DNA of 55,191 bases, filler included, from Basidioascus undulatus (GCA_000826855.1; 3 parts of 3 records of this genome joined end to end with filler, not necessarily neighbours in it), one strand, 5' to 3'. Positions 10,702-23,100 are shown, counted from the whole stretch's first letter. A program made the numbers and translations. The notes: a model not told the origin generated them from the sequence alone.

Positions 10702-13700
10702 ATGCTTTCAGACATTTCAACCTACGATGAAGTTGAAAAGAAGGCCGACGTCCAGCACATCGAGATGCAGAAATCCGACTCCCGGCCTGAGGCAGCGCCC
10801 CAGCATGGCAAGCCGCGGGCTGGCGACGAGGCCCTCGACATCCTTGCGACCGCAGGCGAACACGTCGAAGTAACTCATGAAGAGAACAAGCTAGTACTTA
10901 ACAAGTCAGTCACTCATATGCTAAAAACCATGGTATAGTGCTGAACGGATGCCTCCGCCAGGATCGACTGGCACTTGATGCCATTGGTGAGTCTTGAGGC
11001 TTCTATTACCGAAAATCTGGCACACAGGATTGGAGCTGACCTGCCCTTCAACTCACCAACAGTTGGTTGTGATATACTTTCTTCAATATCTGTGCGTACC
11101 CTTCCAGAGCGCTAGAATCAGAGCTCACCACTCATTCGCGTGCGCAGGGACAAGCAAACCCTTGCATTCTCGTACGCTTCTTTTGGGGTTATGCGGCCTT
11201 TCGTTAGAAATATTACTTGCATTCACGCACCGTGCTCCATAAGCTCTGTGTTCGGGATTCAGGAAGATGCGAACCTTGTGGGAAACCAATATTCCTGGCT
11301 CGGTTCCAGTGCGTGAAGACTTTCTGATGCGACGGTTTTTTCAAAATCTCATAATTGCCGTTTCCCCGCAGTCCTGTACCTCGCCCAGATGATTTGGCAG
11401 CCCTTCTCCTCCTACTTTTTGGTTAGGTTCAGGCTCTCAGCCTTCCTCGGAACCATCATCGTTTCTTGGGGTACATGCTTGGTGAGGTTCCTCCTCTCGT
11501 CCCGCAGACACTCGCTGATACACGGCTGTTTACCTCGTCGCAGGCTTGCATGGCTACTGCGCACAATTTCGCGGGGCTCATGGCCGCCCGATTTGTTTTG
11601 GGTGCTCTTGAGGCATCTGTTGCCCCAGCGTTCGTGCTCGTGGGGCAGGTCAGTTACCTCTCTCATCTCAGCGAAGATTGGCCGGCAGCCTGACTGACTG
11701 CACCATGCATGCAACGCATCGTCTTTTACAGATCTTCTATCGACGCAGTGAGCAGCCGTGGCGCGTAGCCATCTGGTATTCCCAAAACGGTTTCGTGAGT
11801 GGCTTCAAATATTTTGCAGGCAGCGCCCGAGTTGGGATACTCATTTCCGCGTCATCATGCTCAGTGCAATATCCTGGGCTCCTTGCTTGCGTATGGGTTG
11901 GGCCACATCCACAGTGATGCCCTTCACTCTTACCAGGCAAGCATGTCGCCTTTTAGAGCATAAGCCCGCCGTATCACACAGACTCACAAAATGACAACCC
12001 TTTTTCAGATTATTTTCCTCTTTACCGGTTTGGTGACCGTCGCGGTGGGCGTAGCCACATACTTCCTTATGCCGGACAACCCGGTCGCTGCAAAGTTCCT
12101 CAGCCAAGAAGAGAAGGTGATCGCGGTCGAGCGTCTTCGGGCCAACCAGCAGGGTGTCGAGACGAGTACGCTAGAGCACGCCGGACAGTGTAGTGGTTGT
12201 TCACCATCAATTGACAACTAGTCCGGCACAGAGACGTTCAAATGGACGCAGGTTTGGGAAATGCTCCTTGACCCAAAGTCGTGGGGCTGGTTTGGTCTTG
12301 GCCTTCTCATCTCGTGAGTTCTCAGGATGCCATGTTGACACCCACCTGGCGGACTCTGAGACTCAGGTTGGCGCTCAAATCCACAGCATTCCCTCGGGTG
12401 GAATCGCAGGTACGCTTGACAACAGCCCCGGCTTCATGGACCACGACGCGAGATTCCTGACTGTTGAATGTATGAAGGCTTTGGTCCTTTGATACTACAG
12501 TCCTTCGGGTTTGATAACTACGAGACAATGCTCTTGAATGCGAGTGCACAGCCCATTTCACAGCACGTCGACTTTGTGCCTGCGGCTGATGGAACCTCTC
12601 GGCGCAGTGCCCTTTCGGCGCGATGCAGATTCTCGTCATCTTTGGTGGCGCATGGCTCCAGACCAGGTTCCGGAACCGCAGTCTCATCATCCTGTGCGTG
12701 TTTTTTGTGATACAAGAGGCGTCAGAAGTCTGACGAGGAGGTGCAATAAAAGCGGCTGTATGCTGCCGTCAATTGCAGGCGCTGCTGTCCTCCGTACCTT
12801 GGGACGTGGGGCTGAGTACAAAGCACCTCTGCTTGTTGCGTTCTGTGCGGTTTATCTCTTCAGATTCTCTTATCCCTTCTAACTTTTGCTCCCTTGCAGA
12901 CATTAACAGTTTCTACATTGGCGTCCAGCCGGCGCTGTACTCATGGCTTAGCAACAACGTCTCCGGTCACACAGTGAGTCTAAATTTTCAAGTGGAATCC
13001 TCATTCATGCTCAAGGCTCGATAGTATCTCTCACGAACGTCGGCCTGCCTTAGAAAAAGACCACAACGACCGCACTTCTCCAAGTAGGCATGGCAATCGG
13101 AAACATCGTTGTATGTGACTCTTTTTACGCTATTCAATTCGGTTCAAACTCACATATTTTTCACATTCTTTAGGGTCCTCAACTCTTCACTAAAGAAGAA
13201 AAACCATACTACCGGCGAGTCTACTCCAGACCGTGTGGCAGTCTCGTTCAACAGGCTGACCTGCGTTGACCATATGAAAGGCGCGGTCTTAACGCCGGTA
13301 TGTCGAGTCTCGATAATTTACCTGCACAGCGTACAATTAGTGAATAATAACCGTCCGCAGTCTTGGCAATCTACTGTGCGATCATGGCCTTGACATGGTA
13401 GGCAATCGGCACATTTTCCCAGCCGTTCCGCCTTTTTGACAAAAGATATCTTGGATTGGTTTTTTTATCACCCTCATTTCATATTCAGCCTGATCGCCGC
13501 CTACCTCAAGCTTTTAAACATCCGCAACGCTCGTCGACGCCTCGCAGCGGGCAAGGCTGAGATCCTGACGGACTACAGGTCTATTGATTGTGTTAAGAGG
13601 TGTTCTTTGACCCTGTTCTGATTAAACTATATAACAGTATGATGAACATGAAAGAGGCTGAGGCACACCGCGCCGCCATTCGCGCAGCCGCAGGAGGCGA

Positions 13701-13782
13701 GTCCAAGGAATTGGAGGTCGGCGACCATGCGTTCGACGACCTCACCGACTTGTGCAACGAAGAGTTCATTTACGTGTATTGA
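10702..13782 (+). CDS. MFS transporter, Dal5/allantoate permease (ACS) family, about 20 introns
   Basis: Spliced motifs KIDWHLMPL, LQYLDKQTL, NQYSWLGS, ARFVLGALEASVAPAF, FYRRSEQPWRVAIWYSQNG, MPDNPVAAKFLSQEEKVIAVERLRANQQG, NNVSGHTKK and C-terminal AFDDLTDLCNEEFIYVY*. Confidence 0.93.
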
Positions 13783-14410
13783 TAATTGAAGATTTTTTGT
13801 TTAGTCTGTATTCATGTATCAGTAGTGGTGGCTCTCATTCGGGTTTCTTTTGCGACTTCTGGTGACTGGTGAGCAGCGTTCATTTATACGGACTTTGCTG
13901 TAACTGCTGTTCTCTGGACTAGGTCTAGGTGAGTTGAATACATCTGTATATTGTAGCAAGCTTACGATGTGCACAAGTTGGAGCAGTATGGCAAGATCTT
14001 CCACTAAGTTCAACGACCGCGCTTTCTTGGCAGCATCAGAAACGCAGCGCCATGCATTGGTTTCGCCTAGTCTCGAACTTGACAAAAAAAAAACTTACTA
14101 TTTCAACTTATGCGCAGAACTGTCACCCTTTGCCTACACAGACATTTCTACATGTACATGGAAGCAGTGAGGAACGAACACGTTCGACTTCGCCTGCTGT
14201 CAGGTTGAAGTTTCCTACTCGGCTTCAAACGACCAAAATTCGTTACTGTCCTTTTTGGTGCCTTCAGTGCTGATAGAGCCACACTCTGCGGTTACAAGTT
14301 GATTGGCCCTGTCGATAGCGGTCACTGGCACTTCAGATCGGCGCAGTCATAATCCGTCACTTTCACTCGGTGATCTCTACACCAAGTCTCTTTCATCGTC
14401 AGCTCCTCCC

Positions 14411-15728
14411 TTAAAGCGAGCTCTCGTAAGCCATCGCCCTCTTCAAGCCCTTCTCCAGCATCTCCTTGACGTCTTCGCCGGCCACGGGCAAAGGCTTCCT
14501 CGGCACTCCGCCCGCGCCCTCGCCAACCCAGCGATCCATCGCCCACTTCGTACCACCAATCCCCGCCTTGACCACCGTCCAGTCGGCCTCCGCAACGAGG
14601 TCCTGCAGTGCGAGCGCCTCGGGCATGTGCGATGGGTCGGACAAGGCAAGGAGGGACGTCTGGTAGAGCTTGACGATCGTCTTCGGGATCAAGTTGCCTA
14701 CGCGCACGATTGAAAGGAATTGAGCAGAAGCACATTGTAGTATCTTGGGAGAGAACGGACCGGTACCCGTGATGCAACCGGTCGCGCGTGCGACGAGCGC
14801 GGGAAGGAGGTAGTCGCTGTATCCGGGGAGGACGTGGAACGGCAGTGGGTGACGAATGATGTACGCCTCGGATTGCGTGTGTGCAGAGAGGCGGTGTCCC
14901 TACCATGTGGGCGCTTCAACAGTCAGTATAGCTGGGGCGCACAGGTGGCAGGGATGGGCGTACCTTGCCAATGCCAGCGCAGGTAAGCTGAGGAACAAGA
15001 GACGGATCAGTCATGGCTAGTTGATCATTAAGAGTACCAGGGGCATACCTTTGCGCCAAAGCAGTTCTGGTGCTCGGACAGCTCGATAAGCTGGTCGGAG
15101 TCCAGGTCGATGCCGCTAGCCGCGCCTGAAAACGTTGCATCTCTCAGCCTTCAACTTGAATAATATGTTGAAAGTTCGAAGCTGGAACTCACCGGGGAAG
15201 TTGTAAATCATCACATTCAGGGGGCTCTTGTCAAGAACCTCCTTGAAAAAGTCCATCACTGCCTGACGGTTCTTGGCGAGTCCGAATGCGAAGTAACCTG
15301 GGTGGATGACGATCGAGTAGTCCGCCCCAGCGTCCTTGGCCTCCTGCGTAAGCCGGATCGTCTCCTTCGCGCTTCCCGTGCCCGTGCCAACGAGGAGAGG
15401 AACGCGAGTGAAGCCGGCGGTGTCGAGAGCCGAGCGCGCGGAGCGAACAAGGGCGGCACGCTCGGCGTCGGAGAGGTGGGACGCTGGGAAGGAGAGGTAG
15501 CTGAATGAGCGACGACATATCCAGCTGGCTGAGGGCGAACCGGAACTTACCCTCCCCGTTCGTCCCAAGCAGTACGATCCCCATTCCCGCCTTCGCGAGG
15601 CGCACAACCTGCGCCTCGAACGCGGGGAAGTTGATGTCCTCGCTCCCAGCATGGAACGGAGTGATCAGTGGGCAGTAGACGCCTGGCAGGAACGGGCGGC
15701 GGGTCGTTGACTCGGCGTGGGGTGACAT
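14411..15728 (-). CDS. DHDPS-family (class I) aldolase, resembling L-threo-3-deoxyhexulosonate or 4-hydroxy-2-oxoglutarate aldolases
   Basis: GVYCPLITPF, LLGTNGEASHLS, MIYNFPGAASGIDLDSD, Schiff-base Lys in GAK|LTC, GYSDYLLPAL and GCITGTGNLIPK. Five GT-AG introns give an intact frame. Confidence 0.9.
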
Positions 15729-15883
15729 TGCTTGTTGAGTTGCTTATTGTGGGAGGGAGAGGTAAGAGGATGGTCGTGGTCGGAACGATGGCGGGAAGCG
15801 AACGGCGGCCTTTAACAGCAGAGGCCGGTAAGGGACTCAGCGAGTTCACGGCGGTGGAAGGCCGGCCCGGAGGTCGCGCCTAT

Positions 15884-15897
15884 CCGGCTACACACGG
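15884..15897 (-). promoter_or_regulatory. Putative Aro80-type site CCG-N7-CCG upstream of the aldolase
   Basis: Minus strand reads CCGTGTGTAGCCGG, fitting CCGTnnnTARCCGG, about 155 bp upstream of ATG 15728. Confidence 0.5.
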
Positions 15898-16747
15898 CTG
15901 GCGGCTATGTTCGCATACACCCTGCTCGATGCACCTTGAAATTTCCGAAGTCGGACGCCGTAGTCGCTGCCTTCGTGAGCAACATTATTGTGCACTCGGG
16001 TTCGCAGTACCAAACTGTTAGAATGGTCTTTGTATCTCCAGTCAGACGCAACCCTATCACGGCGGGGCGGCTTGACCCCTCACATATCCGAGCACTGACC
16101 TCAGCGTCGCTGGCGGATTCTGACATGTGAAAATAATCGAAAAGAGTTTTCCCTTAATGTAGGTACTAGTACGGGGTGGTTCGGACCCGAGTAAGGTGAA
16201 ATAGGTAACGCTGCCTCGAAGGCTCTGTGCAAGCTCAATCAGGTGCAGTATTAAGATCGGGAAAGTACAGTGAATCCACCCATAACCGTCAATATAAGGA
16301 CAGGCTCAGCTTCCGTGCTTAACTGAAGTGCTCGAGCGCCCCAGAGACGAGTGAAAAAAAAAACTAAGAAAACAAGAGAGGGCATGAACGCCACTGTGGA
16401 TTGCCGTAAGGGCTCAAACGTCGTGCAATCGTGCGATGGCGGCCGCTGTACCGCTGTCGTGAATGTCCGCGTACAGTCTGCGCAGCCCACGGAGTAGGGT
16501 ACAACCTGTCCCGCTCCAAGTTTCAGAACGATACCACAACAGCCAACAACGACCCAATTTGCTTCAGCTCTGTTCGCCCCGCGGTCTGGTACGCCCTCGC
16601 GGGGCTTCACTCTGGTCAGGAACAAGCAGCGCGCGTCAATACCTTGCACGAACAATGCAAGCTCTCAACGCACGCCCCCTCGCGGACACCGCATCGCAGT
16701 CTAAAGGCTCTATGTACCGCCCTCCTCACTCTACCGCCCCAGCCCAT

Positions 16748-18024
16748 CTAAGCATACACATGCACCCTCTCCTCACCCTCCCCCCAGTGCACTACCCGGC
16801 TCTCCACACTCCCCACTCGCTCGAGCTCCACAATCGTCCCATCCACACAAAGGACCTTCGCATCTTCATCATCCTCCTCCTGCCCGCCCACCGACACATC
16901 AGCCTTAGCCTTCCACCCCCAACACAGCAAGAAGACGTACCGGCGTCCACCTGAACCCCTCCGCGCGGATCCACTCCACCTCGCCCTCGCCCTCTTCCCC
17001 CTCCTGGAGGACCAAATCCACGTGCTTCCCTCCCGCGTACATCGCCCGACTAATCTCTACCAAGCACGCCGCGACCTTCTCCCTTTCGCCCACGTCCATC
17101 CCCGCGCGCCCCGGGCGGTACGCCAGGATGTTCATCCTCCCCTCGGGCGGGCGCTCGGGCGCGACAACGAAGTGCGGCTCGAGGCGGTCCACGTGGGTGG
17201 CGAGGAAGTAGGCGAATGGGCCGTGCAGCGTGCGGGAGTGGAGGGGCACCCACCCTTTCTGGGGACGGTAGATCTCGGGAGGGGAGGAAGAAGAGGAGGA
17301 GGAGAGGATGTCGACCCTCGCCCGTGGGGAACGCCCCGCGATCTGCGCGAAGCCGAGCTTGAAGCGCTCGATGCCTGGGTGGGTGGGGCGGAGCGCCTCA
17401 GACGCGCGGAGGAGGAGCGCGTGGGTGGACATCGAGGTGACGATGTGCGCGAGATGGGGTGGCCCGTTGGCAGAGCGGACGAGGGAGAGCGGGAGGGGGC
17501 GCAGGGAGTGGGAGGACGGGGAGAGGAATGAGGTCAGGCTGAGGAGGTGTGAGATTGGCGAGGTTGCGGGCGGGTCGGAGGACGGCTGCGGCGGATGTAG
17601 GGAGGAGTAGAGTGCGTTTGCGGTGCCCAGCGGGATAGGGATCAGGTTGATCTGCGGTGCGTGGGCGGGGGAGGAGCCCGTGAGGTGCGGGAGGTAGAGC
17701 CCCGAGAGAAGCTCATGCGTCGTCCCGTCTCCTGCATCCCCAGGTCAGCCTTCCCACTCTTCCACTCTCCCGGAGGACCAACGCACCTCCTACAACAATC
17801 ACGTCCGCCTCCCCTCCATCCAGCACATCCCCCAGCTCCCGCCCCACCCGCACACCGTCCCCCGGCGCGGACGTCTCCCACACGCGCACGGAGCGCTCGG
17901 CCAGGAGAGAGAGGACGTGCTCGTCTGTGAAGGCGCGGGCGGTGCGGTGCCCGGCGGCGGGGTTGAGGACGAGGTGCACCTGGGAAGAGCGGTAAGATAT
18001 CGGCTGGGACTGTTTCTGTGACAT
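16748..18024 (-). CDS. Diacylglycerol kinase catalytic-domain (sphingosine kinase-like) protein; start uncertain
   Basis: VHLVLNPAAG, WETSAPGDG, IVVGG|DGTTHELL, PIPLGTANALYSS, STHALLLRASEALR and LCVDG. Confidence 0.8.
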
Positions 18025-18315
18025 GCTTTAGCAGCGGATGGGTGTGAGGGAACAGGCAAGAGGGGCTATCAAATGACGAAATGGGCGGGGCAAAGGGAAT
18101 TGTTTGGCATTCGGCACTGTTTGGTTTAGTTTCAGGCACTTCGACGCGTGCACTCAATCTCCTCCCCTTCCTCCCCATCTCCGCCACTCCCCCAGCATTC
18201 ATCATGGCGCAAAGAGTGTGTCCCTCTCCCGCACCCTCATTCCCATATCTCATCCCCCTCCTAATCTCTCTCCCCCTCCCACCTCCGCACCGCTCCTCCA
18301 CCCCGCCTTCCACCC

Positions 18316-18415
18316 NNNNNNNNNNNNNNNNNNNNNNNNNNNNNNNNNNNNNNNNNNNNTTAATTAATTAANNNNNNNNNNNNNNNNNNNNNNNNNNNNN
18401 NNNNNNNNNNNNNNN
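18316..18415. other. Assembly gap with artificial linker (44 N + TTAATTAATTAA + 44 N)
   Basis: Exactly 100 bp. The palindromic linker has stops in all six frames and is identical to the second gap. Confidence 0.97.
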
Positions 18416-19930
18416 CACTTTCTCCCTTTAGGCCCGCCCCCTTACCCTCTGCTTGCTCCCCATCTGGTCTTGCTCTCCCACTCCCACCCTAGCCCTAGTC
18501 CTCATCCTAGCCCTACCCGGCCTCATAATCTATCCTTGCCACCATAAGCCCAGTCAGCTGGTAGCCCCCGCTGTGGTCTGCCCCGCCCAGTCGGATTCAT
18601 GACAGACACTGCTGTCAATGGCTGTTTTTGTTCTTCGTGCTTCAAGAAGTCTTCCCTCTTTTCCTGCTCAATGCTCACCTCAAAAATTTCATTTGTTTCT
18701 ATATAACACATGTCTGCATCCTGTTGACCCTCAGGTGTACTTCTCAGCATTTCCAGAGGCTGCTTAGCAGGCTCATAGAACCGGGTACGGCGGTGCTGTT
18801 TTTCATTACTGGCATAAGTTGTTCAACCACCTCTTTGGGTCACTGTCTGGAAAGTCCTGGAAATGTGAAGTCTCTGTTTTCCTTCTAAGTTTGAAATCAT
18901 AGCCCTTCCAAATCATCAAGTGTCCCTGCCATCCACTGCAGATTGCCATCCAACATACCGGCTGAGTCTTTCCACTTCTTTGAGTCCTCTCAGCTTCACC
19001 ACTTTGCTTTTAAAAAGGCTGGTAACATCAAAGTGATTACTTAATCATTTATTGAAACCCGCCACTGCACAGGAAGCACTGGGGCTGCCTGTGTCTGCAG
19101 GTTAGCTGCAGCAGGCTTTGCGATTCCCACTCCTGAATCAGTAGTATTCATGCCTAGATTGGTGCTTATCTTTAGCAAAGGGGACCTATCTCGTGTGAAA
19201 GCCATATCAGGCAGACATCTGGCTTGGTAAAGGTAGTGATACGCGTGTAGTTGATGCAGCTGTGTTACACTGTACAATTGGCAGAAAAGGTGGGATCACA
19301 GGCTCTGATTTGAGTGTAACCTGTAAAGAAATCTCTCTTTTCCGACCATTTTAATACCCTGCTTATCGAGCTGCAGACATGCTGTGCCTGCATCTGCAGC
19401 TTTTACAGACCGTCAGTATCTCATGCTTCTGCGGTGCCTACGACTTCAAAATGCATACGTCGCCATAAAACAAGGGGGAAATATTAAAATTGTTTCTCAT
19501 CTAACGAGAAAAGAAGCTAAGCGGTCAAGCTGATGGCACATTGAAGTAAAAGTCTGGGTGAGCATGGGCATGGATCGAACCCGCGAGACACTGCGCATGA
19601 GACACAACTGCAACACCCTGACGCTCTTCCCGTTTCCCTCTTGCCCTTTTTTTTTTGATTTTTTCCACTTAGTCCAGACATGATAGTGTAGCCCGCCTGA
19701 ATGGTGGTTGTCATGTTCGATGATTACCTGACATGTTGGATGACATGTTGGATGACATGCTGGATGACATCCAGACTTACATTCAGGAGCCACTTGGCAG
19801 TCCGCCATGCGGATCGTGAGGAAGATGTTCCACAAGGTCGTATTCATCTTACAGGGAGAAACTGTCTGCACAGCTGTCCACAGCTGCCTGCATTGAACAC
19901 CTTGCTTTCACAGCCCTATGCAGCCTTAGT
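18416..19930 (-). mobile_element. CpG-depleted degenerate repeat or transposon relic
   Basis: CG dinucleotides are scarce and TG/CA abundant relative to flanks. A long minus-strand frame (about 19040-18420) is broken mostly by TGA stops and contains NPTGRGRP. The segment abuts the assembly gap. Confidence 0.5.
19729..19770 (+). repeat. 12-bp tandem repeat TGACATGYTGGA x3.5
   Basis: TGACATGTTGGA TGACATGTTGGA TGACATGCTGGA TGACAT. Confidence 0.9.
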
Positions 19931-20163
19931 AAAATGTGTATTATTAGCATGATTGGTGTTTGCATGGCAACTGCAAGGTCAAAGATCAAACGCTGCAACG
20001 CGAAGTTGGACCACAGCCGCTGCCGGACAGGCCGTGGAATGACCGTGAGCGCCCACGGCCATCTCCTGCTGGCTCACTGCGACTGCGCGTGTCCTGTGCC
20101 CAACTGCACGCTGCCGTCCCACCGCCATCTTGCGCGGACTGCATCTGCTAACGAACCCCCAAA

Positions 20164-23100
20164 ATGTCGCTGTTATCCTCCGCGGCGTCCCTCTTCTCTC
20201 GCTCTGCCATCTCGTCAGCCTACAACATCCACACGTCCCCCTCGCCCACCCCCACCCCCTCCCCCGGCCCGTCTTCCGCTTCAGCCAGCAACAGCAGCGG
20301 CGCGCCCCCGAAGCCCGTGCCCTGGGACCCGCCGTTCCAGGTCGGACTGTGGCGCGTGACGAGTGCGACGAAGAAGACGACGGGGCAGGTCGTGAGCGTG
20401 TGGAGCTGCGATAAGCGGCAGCTGGACGGGCTCAAGGGGCAGGCGAGGGACAGCGTCGTGGATGCGCTCAAGCGGGAAGTGCGCGGCCGCTCGTTACAGA
20501 TTGGGGAAGGAGAGTGTGTTGATTCGCATGTTGGAGGGAACAGGCTAGCAGCTTGACGAGGCTGAGGCATCCGAATGTCCTCGAGGTGGTCGAGCCTTGC
20601 GAGGAGACTCGGTGCGTGTTCTGCCCCTGCAGCCCCCCTCTTTCTCCCTGCCCCCCTCCCTCCATCTAAGCACAGTTGTCCCGTGTCAGGTCCGAACTCA
20701 TCTTCGCTACCGAGAAAGTCGTCTCCTCCCTCTCCCGAGCCATCACGACCTCATCCCGGAACGACGAGCTGGACGAGGTCGAGGTCCGTCTTTCTTCCAC
20801 CTCCCTTTCCCCTGCACTCTACCTCATACACCCTCCCCGCTCCCCAGACCCAAAAAGGCCTTCTCCAAATTGCACGCGCGCTGCAGTTCCTGCACGGGAC
20901 GAACCTGGTGCACCACAACCTCACGCCCGAGGCGATCCTGATCAATGCGAAGGTGCGCTGCGTCCCGCAGGGGGTCTGGGGGGACGCGGGCGGGGGGCTA
21001 AGCAGGAGTGAGGGATGAACAGGGTGACTGGAAACTTGCGGGATTGGCGCTCCTTACGCCGCTGGTCGGCCCCGATGGCGCGAAGACCAAGTGGGTCTTC
21101 CCGGAGTATGATCCGCGGCTGCCTGCACATGTGCAGGTCAAGCTTGACTACCTCGGTACGTTGTGTTTCTCCCACCCCCTCCCATCCCACATCCAACATA
21201 CCTCGTGCCTCTTGCTTACCATACCCTTCGCCAGCTCCCGAATACGCGATCGACGAGGAGCTCTCGACATCGAGCGACATGTGTGTCTCCCCTCCCTCTT
21301 CCCCCCTCCCCTCTAACTGATGGACTGGTCTGATTGAGCAATGCAGGTACTCGCTCGGCTGCATTATCCACGCCATCCACGCCAAGGGGCGACCACCCTT
21401 CGCGAACCGCAACTCGCTCCACACTCTTCGTCAGAACGCAGACTCCCTCCGGACGGCATTCACCTCCTGGGCGCGCTTCGGTTCGGATGTGCAAGGTCTG
21501 TCCTCCATCCGAGTCTTCACCTTCTCTCCACCCCCTTTTTTCCCTCCTTGCTTCCCTTTGATCGAAGCCAACGGACTGACGCTCCCCTCCCGCTGAACGC
21601 AGAGATCCTCTCGCACCTCCTCACGCGCGCCCCCTCCACGCGCCTGACCTCGACGACCTTCGCGCAGTCGCCGTTCTTCTCCTCCCTCCTCGTCAACACA
21701 CTTGCGTTCCTCTCGCGCGAGGTCTTCGCGACCAAGTCGCGCGACGAGAAGATCAACTTCATGCGCGGCCTCCCGCGCGTGCTGGACCAGTTCGGGGAGC
21801 GCGTGAAGAGGAGGAAGATCCTGCCGGGGCTGGTGGATGAGAGTGCGTACCTTGCCGTTCTCTCTCTCTCCCTTCCGCCCTCTGTCGGCTTTGGGCACGT
21901 GAAAGGAGTGGAGGGAGGAAAGGCAGGATGCTGATGCGCGGACGCTGGGACGGAACAGTGCGAGACCCCTACCTCCTCCCTTTCATCCTCCCCAACGTGT
22001 TCATCATCTCTAAGAGCCTCACGAAGGACGAGTTTGCGGACACGGTGCTCCAGAGCTTGAAGCCGCTCTTTTCCGTCCGCGACCCGCCGCAGAACCTGAT
22101 CAGTGCGTCTGTCCCTTCTCCTTCTTTCTCCTTCTTTCTCTGCGTGCGACTGATGTGATGTGGGGGAATAGCGCTGCTGGACAATCTGGAGCTTCTGCAA
22201 GAGAAGACTACTACCGTGGTTTTCCGAGAACGTGCGTCTCCTCCCCACTCTCCCTTCCGCACCTTCCCCCAACATCGTGTTCGCTGATGCGGTGAAATGG
22301 GACGAAACCAGACGTCATGCCCCTCGTGTACTCGGCACTCGAGACCGAGCACCCCGCGATTCAGGAGAAGGCGCTCAAGCTCATTCCCGCCTTGAGCGAG
22401 AGCCTGGACTACGGGATGGTCAAGACGATGTTGTTCCCGCATGTCACAGTGGGTTTCTTTCTTTCGGATCAATTCCGATGCTTGCGATGGAAGGAGGTTG
22501 AAGGTGCCGCGGGGTTGGGAAGGGAGAGAGAGGGAGATGGAGAGGGGGAAATGACGACAAAAGGGAATGGGAGAATGAGACAGGATGAGGAGTATGAGGA
22601 CGAGAATGGAAAGCTGATGAGGGGTTGGGGGAAACAGACGCTGTTCCAGAAGACCAAGATCCTGTCGGTCAAGGTCAACGCACTCATTTGCTTCCACGCG
22701 ATGATCAAGGTGCGTTCCGTCTCGCTCCCGTCCGAGATTACTTCCTCCCTTCCGAGATAACTCGAAGCTGACATTCGCGTGCGCGCAGGTGCTCGATGAG
22801 GTGCGATGAATTGGACGGATTCCCAACGCCTAGCGCCAGACTGACGCTGTACACGCCAACAGTTTGTTCTCACCGAGAAGCTCGTCCCGCTGCTCGCGAA
22901 GATCAAGACGAAGGAGCCGAGCGTAATGGTGCGCTTCTTCCGCGGTTACGCAGACTGGCTTGGAGTTGTTGATCCGAGGATGCTGACTTTGGGCTTGCTG
23001 GGTATGCAGATAGCGACGCTGGCCGTGCACGAGGAGATGGGCCGCAAAGTGACGCGCGAGGCAGTCGCGACGCAGATCCTGCCTCAGCTGTGGACGATGT

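Noticed and set aside
16748..18024. DAGK-like gene as a fourth member of the Aro80-type cluster
   Set aside because: No copy of the shared element was seen in the roughly 290 bp available before the gap, and there is no obvious functional link.
18360..18371. TTAATTAATTAA palindrome, repeated at 36799-36810
   Set aside because: Centred in identical 100-bp N blocks; an artificial scaffold linker.
19729..19770. Tandem repeat as a CRISPR-like array
   Set aside because: No spacers, 12-bp unit, eukaryotic context and no cas genes.
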